Part shown: positions 12,741 through 26,401 of the stretch, in pieces
How the letters are laid out: every line of letters begins with the position of its first letter
Position numbering within the stretch: position 1 is the first letter of the stretch
Source of the DNA: Octopus sinensis
Lineage: Eukaryota
Assembly: GCF_006345805.1 (NCBI RefSeq)
Contig: NC_042998.1
Coordinates: 64,728,001 to 64,792,000, forward strand
Length of the DNA: 64,000 nucleotides
Direction of reading: 5' to 3'
The notes under the pieces: model-generated
Seen by the model: the letters and a program-made list of their open reading frames with translations, nothing else
What the model was told of the DNA's origin: nothing
The model's database searches: none
Made by a program: the position numbers and the translations under genes

Positions 12741-13101
12741 GGAGGCGCAATGGCCCAGTGGTTAGGGCAGCGGTTTCGAGTCCCAGACCGGGCGTTGTGA
12801 GCGTTTATTGACCGAAAACACCTAAAGCTCCACGAGGCTCCGGCAGGGGTTGGTGGTGAGCCCTGCTGTACTCTTTCACCACAACTTTCTCTCACTCTTA
12901 CTTCCTGTTTCTGTTGTACCTGTATTTCAAAAGGGCCAGCCTTGTCACTCTCTGTGTCACGCTGAATGTCCCCGAGAACTACGTTAAGGGTACACGTGTC
13001 TGTGGAGTGCACAGGCACTTGCATGTTAATTTCACGAGCAGGCTGTTCCGTTGATTCGGATCAACCGGAACCCTCATCGTCGTAACCGACGGAGTGTTTC
13101 C
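12741..13101 (+). mobile_element. tRNA-derived SINE, family D (single copy in window)
   Basis: Head GGAGGCGCAATGGCCCAGTGGTTAGGGCAGCGG-TTTCGAGTCCC with A-box and B-box-like motifs; GC-richer body between two (TA)n tracts. Confidence 0.65.
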
Positions 13102-13106
13102 ATCCC

Positions 13107-13149
<43 letters not shown>

Positions 13150-13335
13150 ATATGTATATATATTATATATCTATATATATAATATATATCTAATATATTA
13201 TATATATACGTATATTATATATGTATATATATTATATAAGTATATGTGCATATATATATATGTATATATAGATACATATATATTACAAATGTATATATAT
13301 TATATAAGTATATGTACATATATATATATATATCT

Positions 13336-13366
<31 letters not shown>

Positions 13367-13412
13367 TGTAGATATATGTGTGTGTGTATATCTATATATC
13401 CCTCTCTCTATC

Positions 13413-13452
<40 letters not shown>

Positions 13453-13614
13453 TATATATATATATATATATATATTCATATATATGTACATAAACACACA
13501 CATAGAAAATGTACCGTTCCGTGATAAAATACAATCAAGGAAAAACTTACTCCATCTGGTGAGAGATAAATATTCTTTTTTTATTTAACGGACAGGAGAC
13601 ATGTCATTAAGTGG

Positions 13615-13665
13615 TAGTAGTAGTTTCATATTATGAGAAATATCTCTAATACATTCATCAGCTAG
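13615..13665 (-). ncRNA. Type I hammerhead ribozyme motif, core intact, helices I/III weakened
   Basis: CTAG-CTGATGA-(AT)GTATTAGAGA tatt TCTCATAATAT-GAAA-CTAC-TA-CTA, about 250 nt downstream of a same-strand PLE endonuclease fragment. Confidence 0.6.
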
Positions 13666-13879
13666 AAACCACATACCATAACGAAGTAAAGATAATTTAA
13701 GAGAAGAAACGCGAAATCTGCAAAGGCAGAATTCAGAGAAACGGAAGTTTAAAAAAAACGGAAAACAAAACTAAAATGTAAAACATATGAAGTAAAAAGG
13801 TAAAAGAGTTATCCTCCTTAGGCGCTCAGTTATAAGGCTGGAAAGATATCAACAAATTAATCAGGAACAAGCGGCTTTT

Positions 13880-14140
13880 TCCAATTCTTCACAATATATT
13901 TTTACATTTGCTTGCAACTGCTGAAAATTTCAGAGTTCAGTTAAAGCCTACATTTATTCGATCCACTAATATAACATATAGATCTTTCAGTTATTTTCCA
14001 CTTAATATCACGTGGTGTTGCTTTACCTTTCAAATTCCATATGTAGCTTGCCAACTTAGTAGATTGCTTTTGCTGGATGTAGGCTATGCGTTTGGACTTA
14101 TGCCTGTACGTATTTTTAATTTACTACGGGAATGAACAGT
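13880..14140 (-). mobile_element. PLE C-terminal fragment (Neptune/Nematis-like GIY-YIG end)
   Basis: Minus translation QSTKLASYIWNLKGKATPRDIKWKITERSICYISGSNKCRL*LNSEIFSSCK matches the LS.YIW.LK...I.W.I...C.LC PLE motif. Confidence 0.75.
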
Positions 14141-14205
14141 TTTATAAATATTTGATTATCTTTCAAATACGATTTCTTTCTCAGGGCATTGAATTTAAAT
14201 ATTAC

Positions 14206-14305
14206 AACTTATTAACTCCATATAATTGAAATATTAGAACATATTAACTCCATATAATTTTAACTTATTAATGTCATATAATTAAAACTTATTAACTCCA
14301 TTTAA
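14206..14305. repeat. Minisatellite, about 24-bp unit x4
   Basis: ACTTATTAACTCCATATAATT repeated with variants at about 14207, 14239, 14263 and 14287. Confidence 0.75.
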
Positions 14306-14570
14306 TATTTGAGATAGAACGATCAACAAAGATCATATAACAGATGAAATGAAGTGAATTGCATCAAATATCTGCATCTCTGTAGCTAATAACCTTACAT
14401 TTTCTAATATAGAACGGTTGCTAGAAGGGATAGCTGAAATTGGAATTTAAACCCACAGGATTTCCATTGCTAGTTTCTGCAATATATATACACATACACA
14501 CGCACACACACACACACAAACACACACATACATATTAGAAGGTTTGGACATGATGTACATGTATTATATA

Positions 14571-14818
14571 TTAGAAGAAATGAGGTACTCGGAAATCTGG
14601 ATGGTTTATATTTACAGATATGTATAAGTATGTTACATGTTTTTATTAAACCATATCATAAGTAGCGCTTTCGTCCACTCTAGTGGAGTTTTCAATTTAA
14701 AAACTCCACTAGAGTAGACGAAAGTGCTATATATGATAGTGTTTATTAAAACATGTAACATACTAATAAATATCTGTAAATAAAACCATCCAGATTTCTG
14801 AGTACCTCATTTCTTCTA

Positions 14819-14819
<1 letters not shown>
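14571..14819. mobile_element. MITE-like foldback, about 122-bp arms, 7-nt loop
   Basis: Starts TTAGAAGAAATGAGGTACTCGGAAATCTGGATGG and ends CCATCCAGATTTCTGAGTACCTCATTTCTTCTAA; arms about 90% identical by eye; no ORF. Confidence 0.8.
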
Positions 14820-14911
<92 letters not shown>

Positions 14912-15091
14912 TATATACATATATATATATGTATGTATGTATGTAGGTATGTATGAATGTATGTATGTATGTATTATATATAAACACTGCGTGTGTGGTG
15001 TGTTTATTATCTTTTATTGACCTCAACCAGAAGCTAAAGCCACATATATATACATATATATATATATAATATATGTGTGTGTGTGTGGTGT

Positions 15092-15139
<48 letters not shown>

Positions 15140-16424
15140 TTGTGTAGAGAGTGGGAGAAAGCGAAACTGTTAAAATTATATTCGTAGATGCCATACATAC
15201 ATAAGCGTAAAGATGTTCAATCACATATCCTTAATCATTTAATTTACCTGTGTATCCCTCCTCATCTAATAGGCCTTCACCCGTTGTGGTCATTCTTTTG
15301 CCATATGATCATATCGAAAACCGCTATAACTGGATCCCTATCTTTTTAATGCGGTTTTAATTTATCATGTTACACAAGACAATCATAATACATACCTCTA
15401 TTATGCATTCCAAGATTGCTTTATCCTTTTCAAGATAGACATTACTTACAGAAAATGTAGTTTGCTCTTCGTGGATTAGTTTCTACCAATCTATCAAATT
15501 CTTCCCTTATTCTCTAAAATAGCGTCCACCATTTTGCAATTTATTTTATTTCTGTCTTTTGATATTTAGTCAAATTAATAACTCTTGGTTCCTGAGATAA
15601 ATTATATACTTCCAAACACTTTTCGCTCATCCGATATTTGTCGTATATTGTAACGCCCATTTCAATGATAATTAATTGCAGTTTCAATTAATTACTGCAA
15701 TTTATTACCGGAAATACATCTCTGTAAACTACAGTTTAATTTTCAATATTGGAAATTAATAATATACCAACGCATCTACACCTGATTATGTCATAGTTTA
15801 TTCCCAAGTGTTACAACGCTTTAGTTTTTCAAACAAAAGCTATTTCATATAAAATTACAACAAGGAATGATGTATATCAATTACCTTGTTGTAAATAAGC
15901 AGCCGATTGTTTTTCAATTAGTAGGACTATCTAAACAAGAACACAAATGATCATATTTACATGAATGAAATCCGCAGGCGACTCTTCTTTTACTCAATCT
16001 TGCGTAATGATGAATATTAACGCTAGTGGCTCTTTCCACGCCAATACAGAATAAGTGACAGTTAATTAACATACCTATTAATTTAAGTAACAAAGTCGTT
16101 ACGTTTTGTGTTTAATCACTTACATGATATTTACATTCCCATCTTTTGGAAAGCTAAATACGAAAATGCAAGGAAACGAAAAGTTAATTTAATTCGACAT
16201 TTTACTGAGGCTGCAGCTTGTCTTAGAAATAAGCCATGCAAACTGGAGTGTCTGCTGCAGAGAGTGTCACCGACTAATCTCCATGAAAACACATGTGCAA
16301 ACATTTCCACCTTTTCTTCTCGTTTGTACAACCTGCTACTCCCACCTCCACATTTTCTGATGCATAATTTCTCCTTTTTCCTTATCTTTCATTTTTATGT
16401 GTTCTATTTTTGAGCAACACACTT

Positions 16425-16640
16425 AATTTCACGTTTTGCAGTTCACTAAGCTGCAAAAATTAGAGTCAAGCTCTATCGGACTTTCTTTTTCCTTTGGATA
16501 ATAGCGGTGGAGTGGAAAGGGGAGGTCGGTATGCATGGCCGACTGCTGGCCTTCCATAAACAACCTTGCCCGGACATGTGCCAAAGAGGGGAACTTTATA
16601 GGTGCAATCTCATGGTTATTCATGACTGAAGGGTTTCTTC
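16425..16640 (+). mobile_element. SINE family C, 3' part
   Basis: GGTATGCATGGCCGACTGCTGGCCTTCCATAAACAACCTTGCCCGGAC...GGTGCAATCTCATGG, homologous to the 22.5 and 61.1 kb copies. Confidence 0.8.
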
Positions 16641-16660
16641 ACCATATTTCTCTCTCTCTC

Positions 16661-16717
<57 letters not shown>

Positions 16718-17820
16718 TGTGTGGTGTGTGTGTGTGTGGTGTGTGTGTGGTGGTGTGTGTGTGTGTGTGTATCATGTATATGTATATACATGTATATATA
16801 TGTATATCTATATATGGTGTGTGTGTGTGTGTGTATGTGCGTGTGTGTGTGTATCATGTATATGTATATATATGTATATATATATATATATATATCTATA
16901 GATCTATATAATATATAACATATATATATGCTATGGATAGACAATAGTTAAGCTCCAGGTTCGGTGATCATGCGAATAAGGAGTCCAACGTAGGTCATAT
17001 ATCAGCAGGTGTACATATATAATTTGGTTTTCCAGAATGAGATTAAAAAACACATTTATAAATAGGTATTACAGCTGTTTCTAGGATGTGTATTATATCC
17101 CTTCACCGGAGACGGTCTGAGAGGATGGTTAAGCAATAGTTAATTTATATAAGATCCGAAATAGAGAGTGAAGTTGAAGAATGAAGATAGATGCGAGATA
17201 TGCAAGGATATTGCATTTCTAGAAAGTAGCCTAAACGTATGGAATGCATTTGTAACTTCAAATCGAAAACAGGAAGAGAGGAATAAAGAAAAGAGAAAAG
17301 AAAGAGAAGAAAAAAGATGAAAATAAAGAAGAAACAATAAGAGTGGAATAAATAAAAGAAGGGAAAAAGAAAAACAAGGAGAAAGATAAGGGAAAGTGTG
17401 CGAGTTAGTGGTGAGTCAAGGTAATTTGAAGGTAGGAATAGGGACATTAGGGTGATAGAGAGAGAAAGGTAAGAGGGTGCAAAAAGATACAAGGAATTGG
17501 GTGTGATGTAGAGAGTTATAAAAAGTAAAGGTGTTTCAGTTATGTAGTAGGTACTGGAAATAAAACCCTTGATTCAATATAACTGTGTACAAATTCTATA
17601 CTTGGAATGACCAATTTTAAATACTATTGGATTTTACTCACATGCTATTGGAATTTTATATGTATACCATTCAGCCTAAATAATGGATCTACAAATGCAA
17701 TATTCCAGCATATCTTACATCTATTTTCATTCTTCCAATTCATTCTCTATTTCATATCTTGTCTAAAGTAAGTATTGCTTAACCATTTTCTCACACCATC
17801 TCCGATGAAGGGTTAAAATA

Positions 17821-18108
17821 AATTGCACCTAGAAAGTTACCATCCAAAGTACAAGTCCGGGCAAGGTTGTTTATAGAAGACCAACAGCCGCACATGCATA
17901 CCGGCCTCCCCTCTCCACACTGCCAGTGGAAAGGCAAAGGCCGATTCAGCGTGAACGTGTGACGTCGCAACTCATGTCTACTGTTGAGTGAACTGGAGCA
18001 ACGTGAAATAAAGTGTCTTTCTAAAGAACACAACACGCAGCCCCGTTCGGGATTCGAACTCACAATCTCAAATTCGCAAGCTCGACGCTCTAACCACTGA
18101 GCCATGCG

Positions 18109-18110
<2 letters not shown>
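17821..18110 (-). mobile_element. SINE family C, near full length with intact Pol III boxes
   Basis: Minus head GGCGCATGGCTCAGTGGTTAGAGCGTCGAGC...GAGTTCGAATCCCG (A box TGGCTCAGTGG, B box GTTCGAATC), then GTGTTGTGTTCTTTAGAAAGACACTT. Confidence 0.85.
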
Positions 18111-18183
<73 letters not shown>

Positions 18184-18229
18184 TATATATATATATAATA
18201 TATATATATAGTATTATATATATATATAC

Positions 18230-18263
<34 letters not shown>

Positions 18264-18292
18264 CTATATATATATGTATATATATATTATAC

Positions 18293-18323
<31 letters not shown>

Positions 18324-19147
18324 GCTACTTGGTCAAGAAGGCGTTCGACGCCCGCTGTCCCCATCAGTGTTTCCTGCCGAGAGGTAGGTTCATCTGGAAC
18401 CTCTGACAAGAAGGGATCGGGTTTAACTTTAAAGAAACCCACATCCAACCATGCAGGTATCTCAGGCATAAATATATATATACATACCTACATATACATA
18501 CCTTTGCACACGCAGACACGTACAGGTACACACACACATACATATATATCCTCGCACACAAATGCCATATATATTCAATTCTTAAGAACGATACTCTGAA
18601 TGTCTAGAAACGTCGCATAAAATTTTTAGGGAAAATACTTTTTTATTCCCAGTTTTAATGCAAATACAATTTAAAACAAAGATAAAAATGATAAAACTTG
18701 AACACACACACGCGCACGAACACGCAAATGCACACACATACATATATGAATGCATATCTGTTCATTTATGTTTAACTGTGCGTGTATGTATGCAGACACA
18801 TCACAAAAGACTCATACCGATGACTATCCACAGTAATGTTTCATTTCATCAGTATAAATGCATAATCGTGAGTACGTATGGGTATTTTGATATATACATA
18901 CATCTGTTATTGCTTAAACGTAAGATATAAATGAAGTAACTTTCAGTGAATTAGAATTGTCGTATTAACATATATATCCTTAGGCTGGAGTTGAAATTGT
19001 TTGCTATAAATGAACTTGAACTATTTACAATATTTAATCTGCAAGAAGCTATTACGTATGCCGTTCGCCAGCTGCTACATACACGATATACTCAAAAATA
19101 ACTGATTCTGGAATATATATATATATATATAAATAAATAAATATATA

Positions 19148-19179
<32 letters not shown>

Positions 19180-19251
19180 CACATATATATTTATATGTAT
19201 GTATATGTATGTATGTATGTATGTATGTCTATATATATATATATGTATGTG

Positions 19252-19290
<39 letters not shown>

Positions 19291-19789
19291 ATATACATAT
19301 TCACATATATAGGCATGCACAAACATACAAACATATATACAAATATACATAGATATATACATACATCCATACGTTTATTCATGCTTAGAAGTGTATATTT
19401 TTATATATATATGTTCATAAGCATAGGTCCGCACGGATGTGTATGCGCTTAGAAAATATTTTTGATAAAATTTTTACTAAAACGAACATGTTAAATTACA
19501 TTTTCTCAGAAATTGCGACTCAAAAAAAGCAATTTAAATAAAACCAAATCTCTCTTCATCCATATTCCCGTTTGATTATTCTATTCTGTAACATCAATGA
19601 ATCAAGTTGAGCTATCGATTTAAAAAAAAAATTATGTTACATACTATATAATATATATATATATACCAATAGATAGATATAGATATGCGGAAGTATGTAC
19701 ATGCATATATGTGGGTATATATATATATATTATATATATTATATATATATATATATATTATTGTGTTTTGTCTACTCATATACAATGTT

Positions 19790-20200
19790 TGCCCACCTCC
19801 AGTACCTACACCTTAGCACAATCATGGCGTCTGATATGGGTTTTTAAACCAGACAATGTTCTGAAAAGACACCCACATAGATTGCACCTCTGGTTTGGAC
19901 CACTAATACCCGCAGATCAGTTCTGTTCTTTGTAGATCTTAACATGTCCTTCGAGGCCACCGTTTGAATTATAAACATTCTAGCATACACTGCATTCAAA
20001 TATATATATTATATACATATTCTTTGTAAGTCTTCATTCCTTGCAATATGGTGTCGCCAGAATTATGATAGCCTAGATGTATTTCATGTCTGCATGGCGT
20101 ATAAATGACTGATGTAACGAAATGTCCTCGAACAGAACTCCGGCCCACTTGCACGTTTCAAGTCGTGTAGTTTTGAACGAGGAGAAGAAGCTGACAACAT
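19790..20200 (-). mobile_element. RTE-like LINE 3' end with two C2H2-type fingers (degenerate)
   Basis: Minus translation FECSVC*NVYNSNGGLEGHVKIY and RCNLCGCLFRTLSGLKTHIRRH, then a stop and short tail, preceded by a WRHHI.QG-like segment. Confidence 0.6.
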
Positions 20201-20204
20201 CGAC

Positions 20205-20580
20205 TACGGTATGTAACTAGTACATCATTTTATCGTTACCGGAATGCTGATTCTTCAACCGAATTTGAACTCAGAACATAAGGAACCAGATGTAATACCA
20301 ATTATCATCATGTCTGATGTGCTAACGATTCCGCCAGCTCACGGAATTAGATGAAAATATACACTGGCCAATGAGGCAGTGAGCCGGGAGAGTCGTTAGT
20401 ACGCAAGGCAAAATTCTTAGCGGCATTTCGGCCGTCTTTATATTCTAAGTTCAAATTCCGCCGAGGTTGATTTTGCCTTTCATCCTTTGAATAATGCAGG
20501 TTGAAAAGTGGGGTCGTTGTAATTGACTTCCCACCTCCTACCAAATTGCTGGCCTAGTGACAACATTTGAAACCAATTTA
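20205..20580. mobile_element. Two diverged family B SINEs, head to head
   Basis: 20205-20343 (minus) and 20372-20580 (plus, AAGTTCAAATTCCGCCGAGGTTGATTTTGCCTTTCATCC). Confidence 0.7.
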
Positions 20581-22352
20581 TACTGGTCATATTTTCTGCT
20601 TCAGTCTAGCACAATTGCAATTAGATTTTCTACTTACGTAAGCAAGGATTGCTGGCAGTTTTTATAATGTTTTCTTACTTTATATCTCTCTTTGAAACAG
20701 TATTCATATTTTTGAGAATTATCACGGAAAAGATACCATAGAGACAAATATGTTTAGGTCTGATGCAAACAGATTCGTCGCATCTTATTCTAAAAAAGAT
20801 GCATCCTCTAGGTGGAAAATTTTATCAAACGAATAGTGTTGTACATATTTGATATAATCTGTAAGATGTAGCATATCATAATGTATCAATATTACTGTAA
20901 AACACAAGCAGTAAAATATTGTGAAAGAATGCATTCTATGAAACACTGCTATAAACCGGAATGTTTATTGCGTTATGAAATATTGTGAATAAAGCAATAA
21001 AACACAGCAAGTTAGATGAAACGTTATATGGAATTCTATAAGGGCATCATAACGTGAAAAGCAGATGGTTCTCTTTCGTACAAGATACATAATACTATCA
21101 AGTATGAATACAATCCCTGATCCCTGAAGTTCTGGAATGTTATGTAGGTGCTACTGCACAAGTAGAAAACACCTGATGAACGTTGCACACCTTCTGACAG
21201 CGCCAAATCCTGTTCGAGGCTCCATTACATTCATAAAATAGGTATGCTAATCAGTCAAATATCTATACAATATGATTTCTATACAGTATGAAATAAAGCT
21301 GAAATTAGTAAGGAAAATTATACGGCTGGATTTTTAATATATATTACAAATAATGGTGCCAGCTGAAATGTATAGAACAAATGTATAGAACATTCACAAT
21401 GTATTATCTATTTAGAAGTTGTGTAAATAAAATACTTACAAGTGAAAGACTCAAAACTGTCTTACGTTGATGAGAGCAAATTAATTTTTTCTTTCATAAT
21501 ATTACAATAGAAAAAGTATTTTAAAAATACTACTTCAAAACATGATTTTACAATTAAATGGATTAAAAAAATACATTGAAAATATCACCTTTGTATAACT
21601 CACGAAATTTGTGTCTGTGTTTGTGTGTCAGTGCGCGTGTCTGTATAAATAATGCACAAACACACACACATGCACACGTATACGCATGCGTACACACATT
21701 CATACACCCACACACATAAGAACATAGAATCCAAAACACAGATACACATGCACAGGCTCGAACCTTTATCTCAAATCACCCGCCTGTGTTTCCGATCAGT
21801 TAGATGTCATATATGTGAACCCATCGCACTTCTTTATGAGAGGTTTTGCATTTCAAAAACAACTACTTCTCTTCTTTCTCTACTCACTGTCACTTTCTTA
21901 TTTTACCTTAAGAAATACTCTCCTTTTATTCTTGACTACGAAATTAATAATATTAAACGGCGAGCACTGGCATATCTTTCGTCTAAACTTTCTGAGTTCA
22001 AATTCCGCTAAGTCGACTTTGATATACATTCTCTCTGGCTCAATAACATAAGTACTAGTTGAGTACTGCCGTCATGGAACTGACTATTTCCCTTCCTCGA
22101 AATTGCTTGCCTTGTGCAAAATTTGAAAATAAATGCGAGGTGCCGTGCAGCGGAACTGAACCCGGAAACATGCAATAAACATTGTGATCAGAAAATCACC
22201 CCCGCGCCTTCATATATATATATATATATTATATATATATATATATGTGCGTGTGTTTGTATGTATATATATATATATGTGTGTGTGTGCGTGTGTGTGT
22301 ATGTGTGTATGTGTCTATATATATATGTATATATATACATATATATAGATAC

Positions 22353-22383
<31 letters not shown>

Positions 22384-22487
22384 TACGTAAATATATATAT
22401 ACATATACATAGATACGTATATATATATATATATATACATATATATATGTGTGTGTGCATATATAGAGATGAATATATATATGCGAA

Positions 22488-22785
22488 GGCACATGGCTCA
22501 GTGGTTAGAGCGTCGAGCCGGGCTGCGTGTTGTGTTCTTGAGCAAGACACTTTATTTCACGTTCCTCCAGTTCACTCAGCTGTAGAAATGAGTTGCGACG
22601 TCACAGGTGCCAAGCTGTATCGGCCTTTGCCGTTCCCTTGGGTAACACTTGTGGCGTGGAGAGTGGAGGCCAGTATGCATGGGCGACAGCTGGTCTTCCA
22701 TACACAGCCTTGCCCGGACTTGTACTTGGGAGGGTAACTTTCTAGGTGCAATCCCATGGTCAGTGTCGTGACCGAAGTGGGTCTC
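22488..22785 (+). mobile_element. SINE family C with deletion in the tRNA head
   Basis: GGCACATGGCTCAGTGGTTAGAGCGTCGAGC joined directly to CGGGCTGCGTGTTGTG; the B-box segment is missing relative to the 17.8 kb copy. Confidence 0.85.
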
Positions 22786-22799
22786 ATAATATATATGCG

Positions 22800-23045
22800 T
22801 ATATCATATCATCATCATATTTTAACGTCCGTTTTCCATGCTACCATGGGTTGGGCGATTTGGGTGAGGACTGGCGAACCAAATGGCTGCACCAGCCTCC
22901 AATCTAATCTGGCAGAGTTTCTACAGCTGGATGCCTTTCCTAACGCCAACCACTCTGAGAATGTTGTGGGTGCTTTTACGTGCCACCAGCATGAGGGCCA
23001 ACAAGGTAGTACTGGCAGCGGCCACGCTCAAATTTACGTACCACC
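22800..23045 (-). mobile_element. SINE/LINE 3' end with RTE-type tail
   Basis: Plus strand ATCATCATCAT...TTTAACGTCCGTTTTCCATGC...GCTGGATGCCTTTCCTAACGCCAAC is the reverse complement of a typical RTE-like 3' tail ending in (ATG)n. Confidence 0.6.
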
Positions 23046-23244
23046 GACACAAGTATATATATATATATATAAATTAAATAAGGGTAGAAATAGATATTAA
23101 TCAATTAAAACCAGTGGCCAAGCATATTATTTTTAAAATCCGAAGATTAATCATTTTATACATATAACATTTAGAGGAATGACCACTAATAATGGACAGC
23201 CTGTATGCTAGATATAGACGTCAATCTCACCATTACCACGAAGA

Positions 23245-23522
<278 letters not shown>

Positions 23523-23955
23523 GTGTGTTCAACGGTTTCTATATCAAATGTCAAGTACTACATACGGGAAATTAAAAACACATATTAGTTCGTGATTTAT
23601 AAAAAAAATTGTAGTATGTTACCTGAGAGAAAAGATGAATCGCTTGGTGGTAAATTCTGTCAACACTTGTTCTCGATACCATTTCATAAGCAGATTAAAC
23701 CATCAATATGTTCTAACAAGTGCTTTTCTGCTAACGATGAGGTAACCCGATTGCTGTGATCATGATGTCTTCTACTAAAGCGCATATACATTCAGAGATT
23801 TTAAATCACTATCACACGTTCATATTTAGATTTCGTATAATCACCGGCATCGTGGAATACTCAGACACTAGTGGTAATTTTTGTATATCAAAGATGTTCT
23901 GCATCCTCTACCTATATATATATATACACACACGTGTGTATGCGTGCATGTGTAA

Positions 23956-23985
<30 letters not shown>

Positions 23986-23986
<1 letters not shown>

Positions 23987-26205
23987 TAGTTTTATTTTTA
24001 TAGCGTGCTTTCACTTCACTACCGAGCGCAGCTCTGTGTGCCTTGGGTATGTGCTGTGATTTGTTGTGATGCTCTGATGGTTATTGTATGGAAAGTGTTC
24101 TGCGTAGGATGTGTGCAGTGCCTAGTAGTGCAATTTTCTGTATGTTATATGTGTTTGTAAGTCCTGGTGTTTTTGTTATGTATTTGTCTGAATAATATTT
24201 TATCATGCCTAATGAACCTACTATGATAGGAATTGTTTCTGTTTTCAGATTCCACAAATTCTAGTTACCTCTATTTCCAGGTCTTTGTATTTTGAGGTTT
24301 CTCCATTTCTTTTAGAGACACATTGTCATCAGCCGGTATTGATACATCAATTAAAAAGCATTTTTTTTCTTCATGATCTCTGACAACTATATCTGGTCTG
24401 TTGGCCTTAATTTCTCTATCTGTGTGTATCGGCATATCCCAGAGTATGGTTGCTTTCTCGTTTTCTGTGACCTTTTCTGGTGTGTGCCATACCATCTCTT
24501 TTCTGTTGTTATTCCATAATGTTGGCATAGCTTCCAATGTATGTAGGTTCCAACTCTGTCATGTCTGTGAATATATTCCTTCTTAGCCAGGACTGGGCAG
24601 CTAGAGATAATATGATTTATTGTTTCTTGTCCATCTCCACACATTCTGCAGTTACTTGTAATATTTCTTTTCATTACATGTTTTTGGTAATTTCTGGTGG
24701 GGAGGCTTTGGGCTTGTGCTGCAATTAAAAATCTATCTGTCTCTGCTTTGAGTCCTGAGCTTCTCAACCATTGCTGAGATTTATCTTTGTCTATTTCTTT
24801 TGCGTTTAGTTTAGTGCAGTATTTACCACGAAGGGGCTTTTATGCCATCGTTTTATCATGGTTCGTTGCTGTTCTATTTTTAGTTTGGATTTCATTTGTT
24901 TTATAGCTTTGTGTTTCTTCATCTTCTTCTTCTTCTTCTTCTTCATGTTTATTAGGTGGTATAATTTCTTGTTTGTATTGTCAGCTTCCTTAAATACTGA
25001 GAACAGTTTTTTGTTTTGCTCGTGTTTTGCCGCTATCTGGATCAGTTTTCCTTCCTTCTGAGTAGATATTTTTGCAGTCCTATGTGGTTATTTTATAGTA
25101 GTTTTCCAGCTGTATAAGGCCTCTACCACCTTCTATACGTTGTATATATAGTCTTTCTATGTCATATTTTGGGTGATGCATCCTAGATCCTGTCATTATT
25201 TTTCTTGTTTTCCTATCTATTTTGGTCAGGTCATTCGTGTCCAGTTAAGGATATTATAGCTGTAACTTATAACTGGGACAGCTAAAGTGTTGATACCTAT
25301 TATCTTGTTTTTAGCATTGAGCTCTGGTTGTATTGATCTAACTCGTCTATAATATTCTTTTTTATGTTCTCTTTCATTTGTGTGTGTTGTGTCTTATCTA
25401 GTTCATGGATTCCTAAGTATTTGTAAGTTTGGCTTTGGTCTAATTCTTTTATTTCATTGGTTTTATCTAACGTGATGTTGTTACTCTTAACTGGTTTTCC
25501 TCTTTTCATGGTTACTTTGGCGCATTTTTCTAATCCAAATTTCATATCTATTTCATTGGTAAATCCATGAACTGTATTTAATAATGTTTCCAGCTGTTTG
25601 TCATTTGCAGCGTATAGTTTTAGGTCATCCATATATAAAAGGTGGCTGACCGTTTTGCCGTAACATTTATATCCGCATCCAGTTCTATTTAGCATATCAG
25701 ATAGAGGTGACAGTGCCAAGCAGGAAAGGAGTGGAGAGAGCGTGTCTCCCTTGAATATTCCTCTTCTAATGGGGATGTCTTTGGTTTTCATGAGTCCCTC
25801 TTTTGTTTGGAGGTGTGGGACTGTTTGCCATTTATTCATAGAGTGCTCTATGAATTTTATGATTGTTGGTGCTACTTTGTTAATGGCTAGTGTTTCGAGG
25901 ATCCATGTGCGGGGGATACTATCAAACGCCTTTTTGTAGTCAATTCAGGCCATACTGAGGCCTTTCTTCTTTCTGTGGCTGTCTTCAGTTATGGCTTTAT
26001 TAATCATTAGTTGATCTTTACAGCCATATGAGCCTTTGCGGCATCCCATCTGCTCTTCTGGGAACAGTTTGTTTTCGTCAGGTGCTTGTTCAGCCTTTGT
26101 GATATCACTGCAGTAAATGCCTTGAACATTGTCGGGAGGCAGGTTATAGGTCTGTAGTTTTCTGGTTTTTCTGTTTCATTTGATTTGGGAATTAAGATGG
26201 TTTTT
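23986..26205 (-). mobile_element. Dong/R4-clade non-LTR retrotransposon (RT, CCHC, RLE), 5'-truncated, decayed
   Basis: NYRPITCL, GCRKGSYGCKDQLMINKAI, IDYKKAFDS, RRGIFKGDTLSPLL, YMDDLKLYA, CRMCGDGQETINHIISSC, RHDRV, NRPDIV, LIDVSIP; (TAA)n at both ends. Confidence 0.9.
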
Positions 26206-26233
26206 ATTATTATTATTATTAATAATAATAATA

Positions 26234-26281
<48 letters not shown>

Positions 26282-26327
26282 TAATAATAATAATAATAAT
26301 GATAATAATAATAATAATAATAATAAC

Positions 26328-26401
<74 letters not shown>

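Noticed and set aside
17990-18110. tRNA-like sequence with A and B boxes
   Set aside because: It is the head of a multi-copy SINE with no acceptor stem closure, so not a tRNA gene.
19824-20000. Possible host C2H2 zinc-finger gene
   Set aside because: There is no TGEKP linker, there are in-frame stops, and the context fits an RTE LINE C-terminus.
20700-20850. Open stretch IHIFENYHGKDTIETNMFRSDANRFV after an acceptor-like site
   Set aside because: Only faint resemblance to a discoidin domain; no convincing donor or diagnostic residues.
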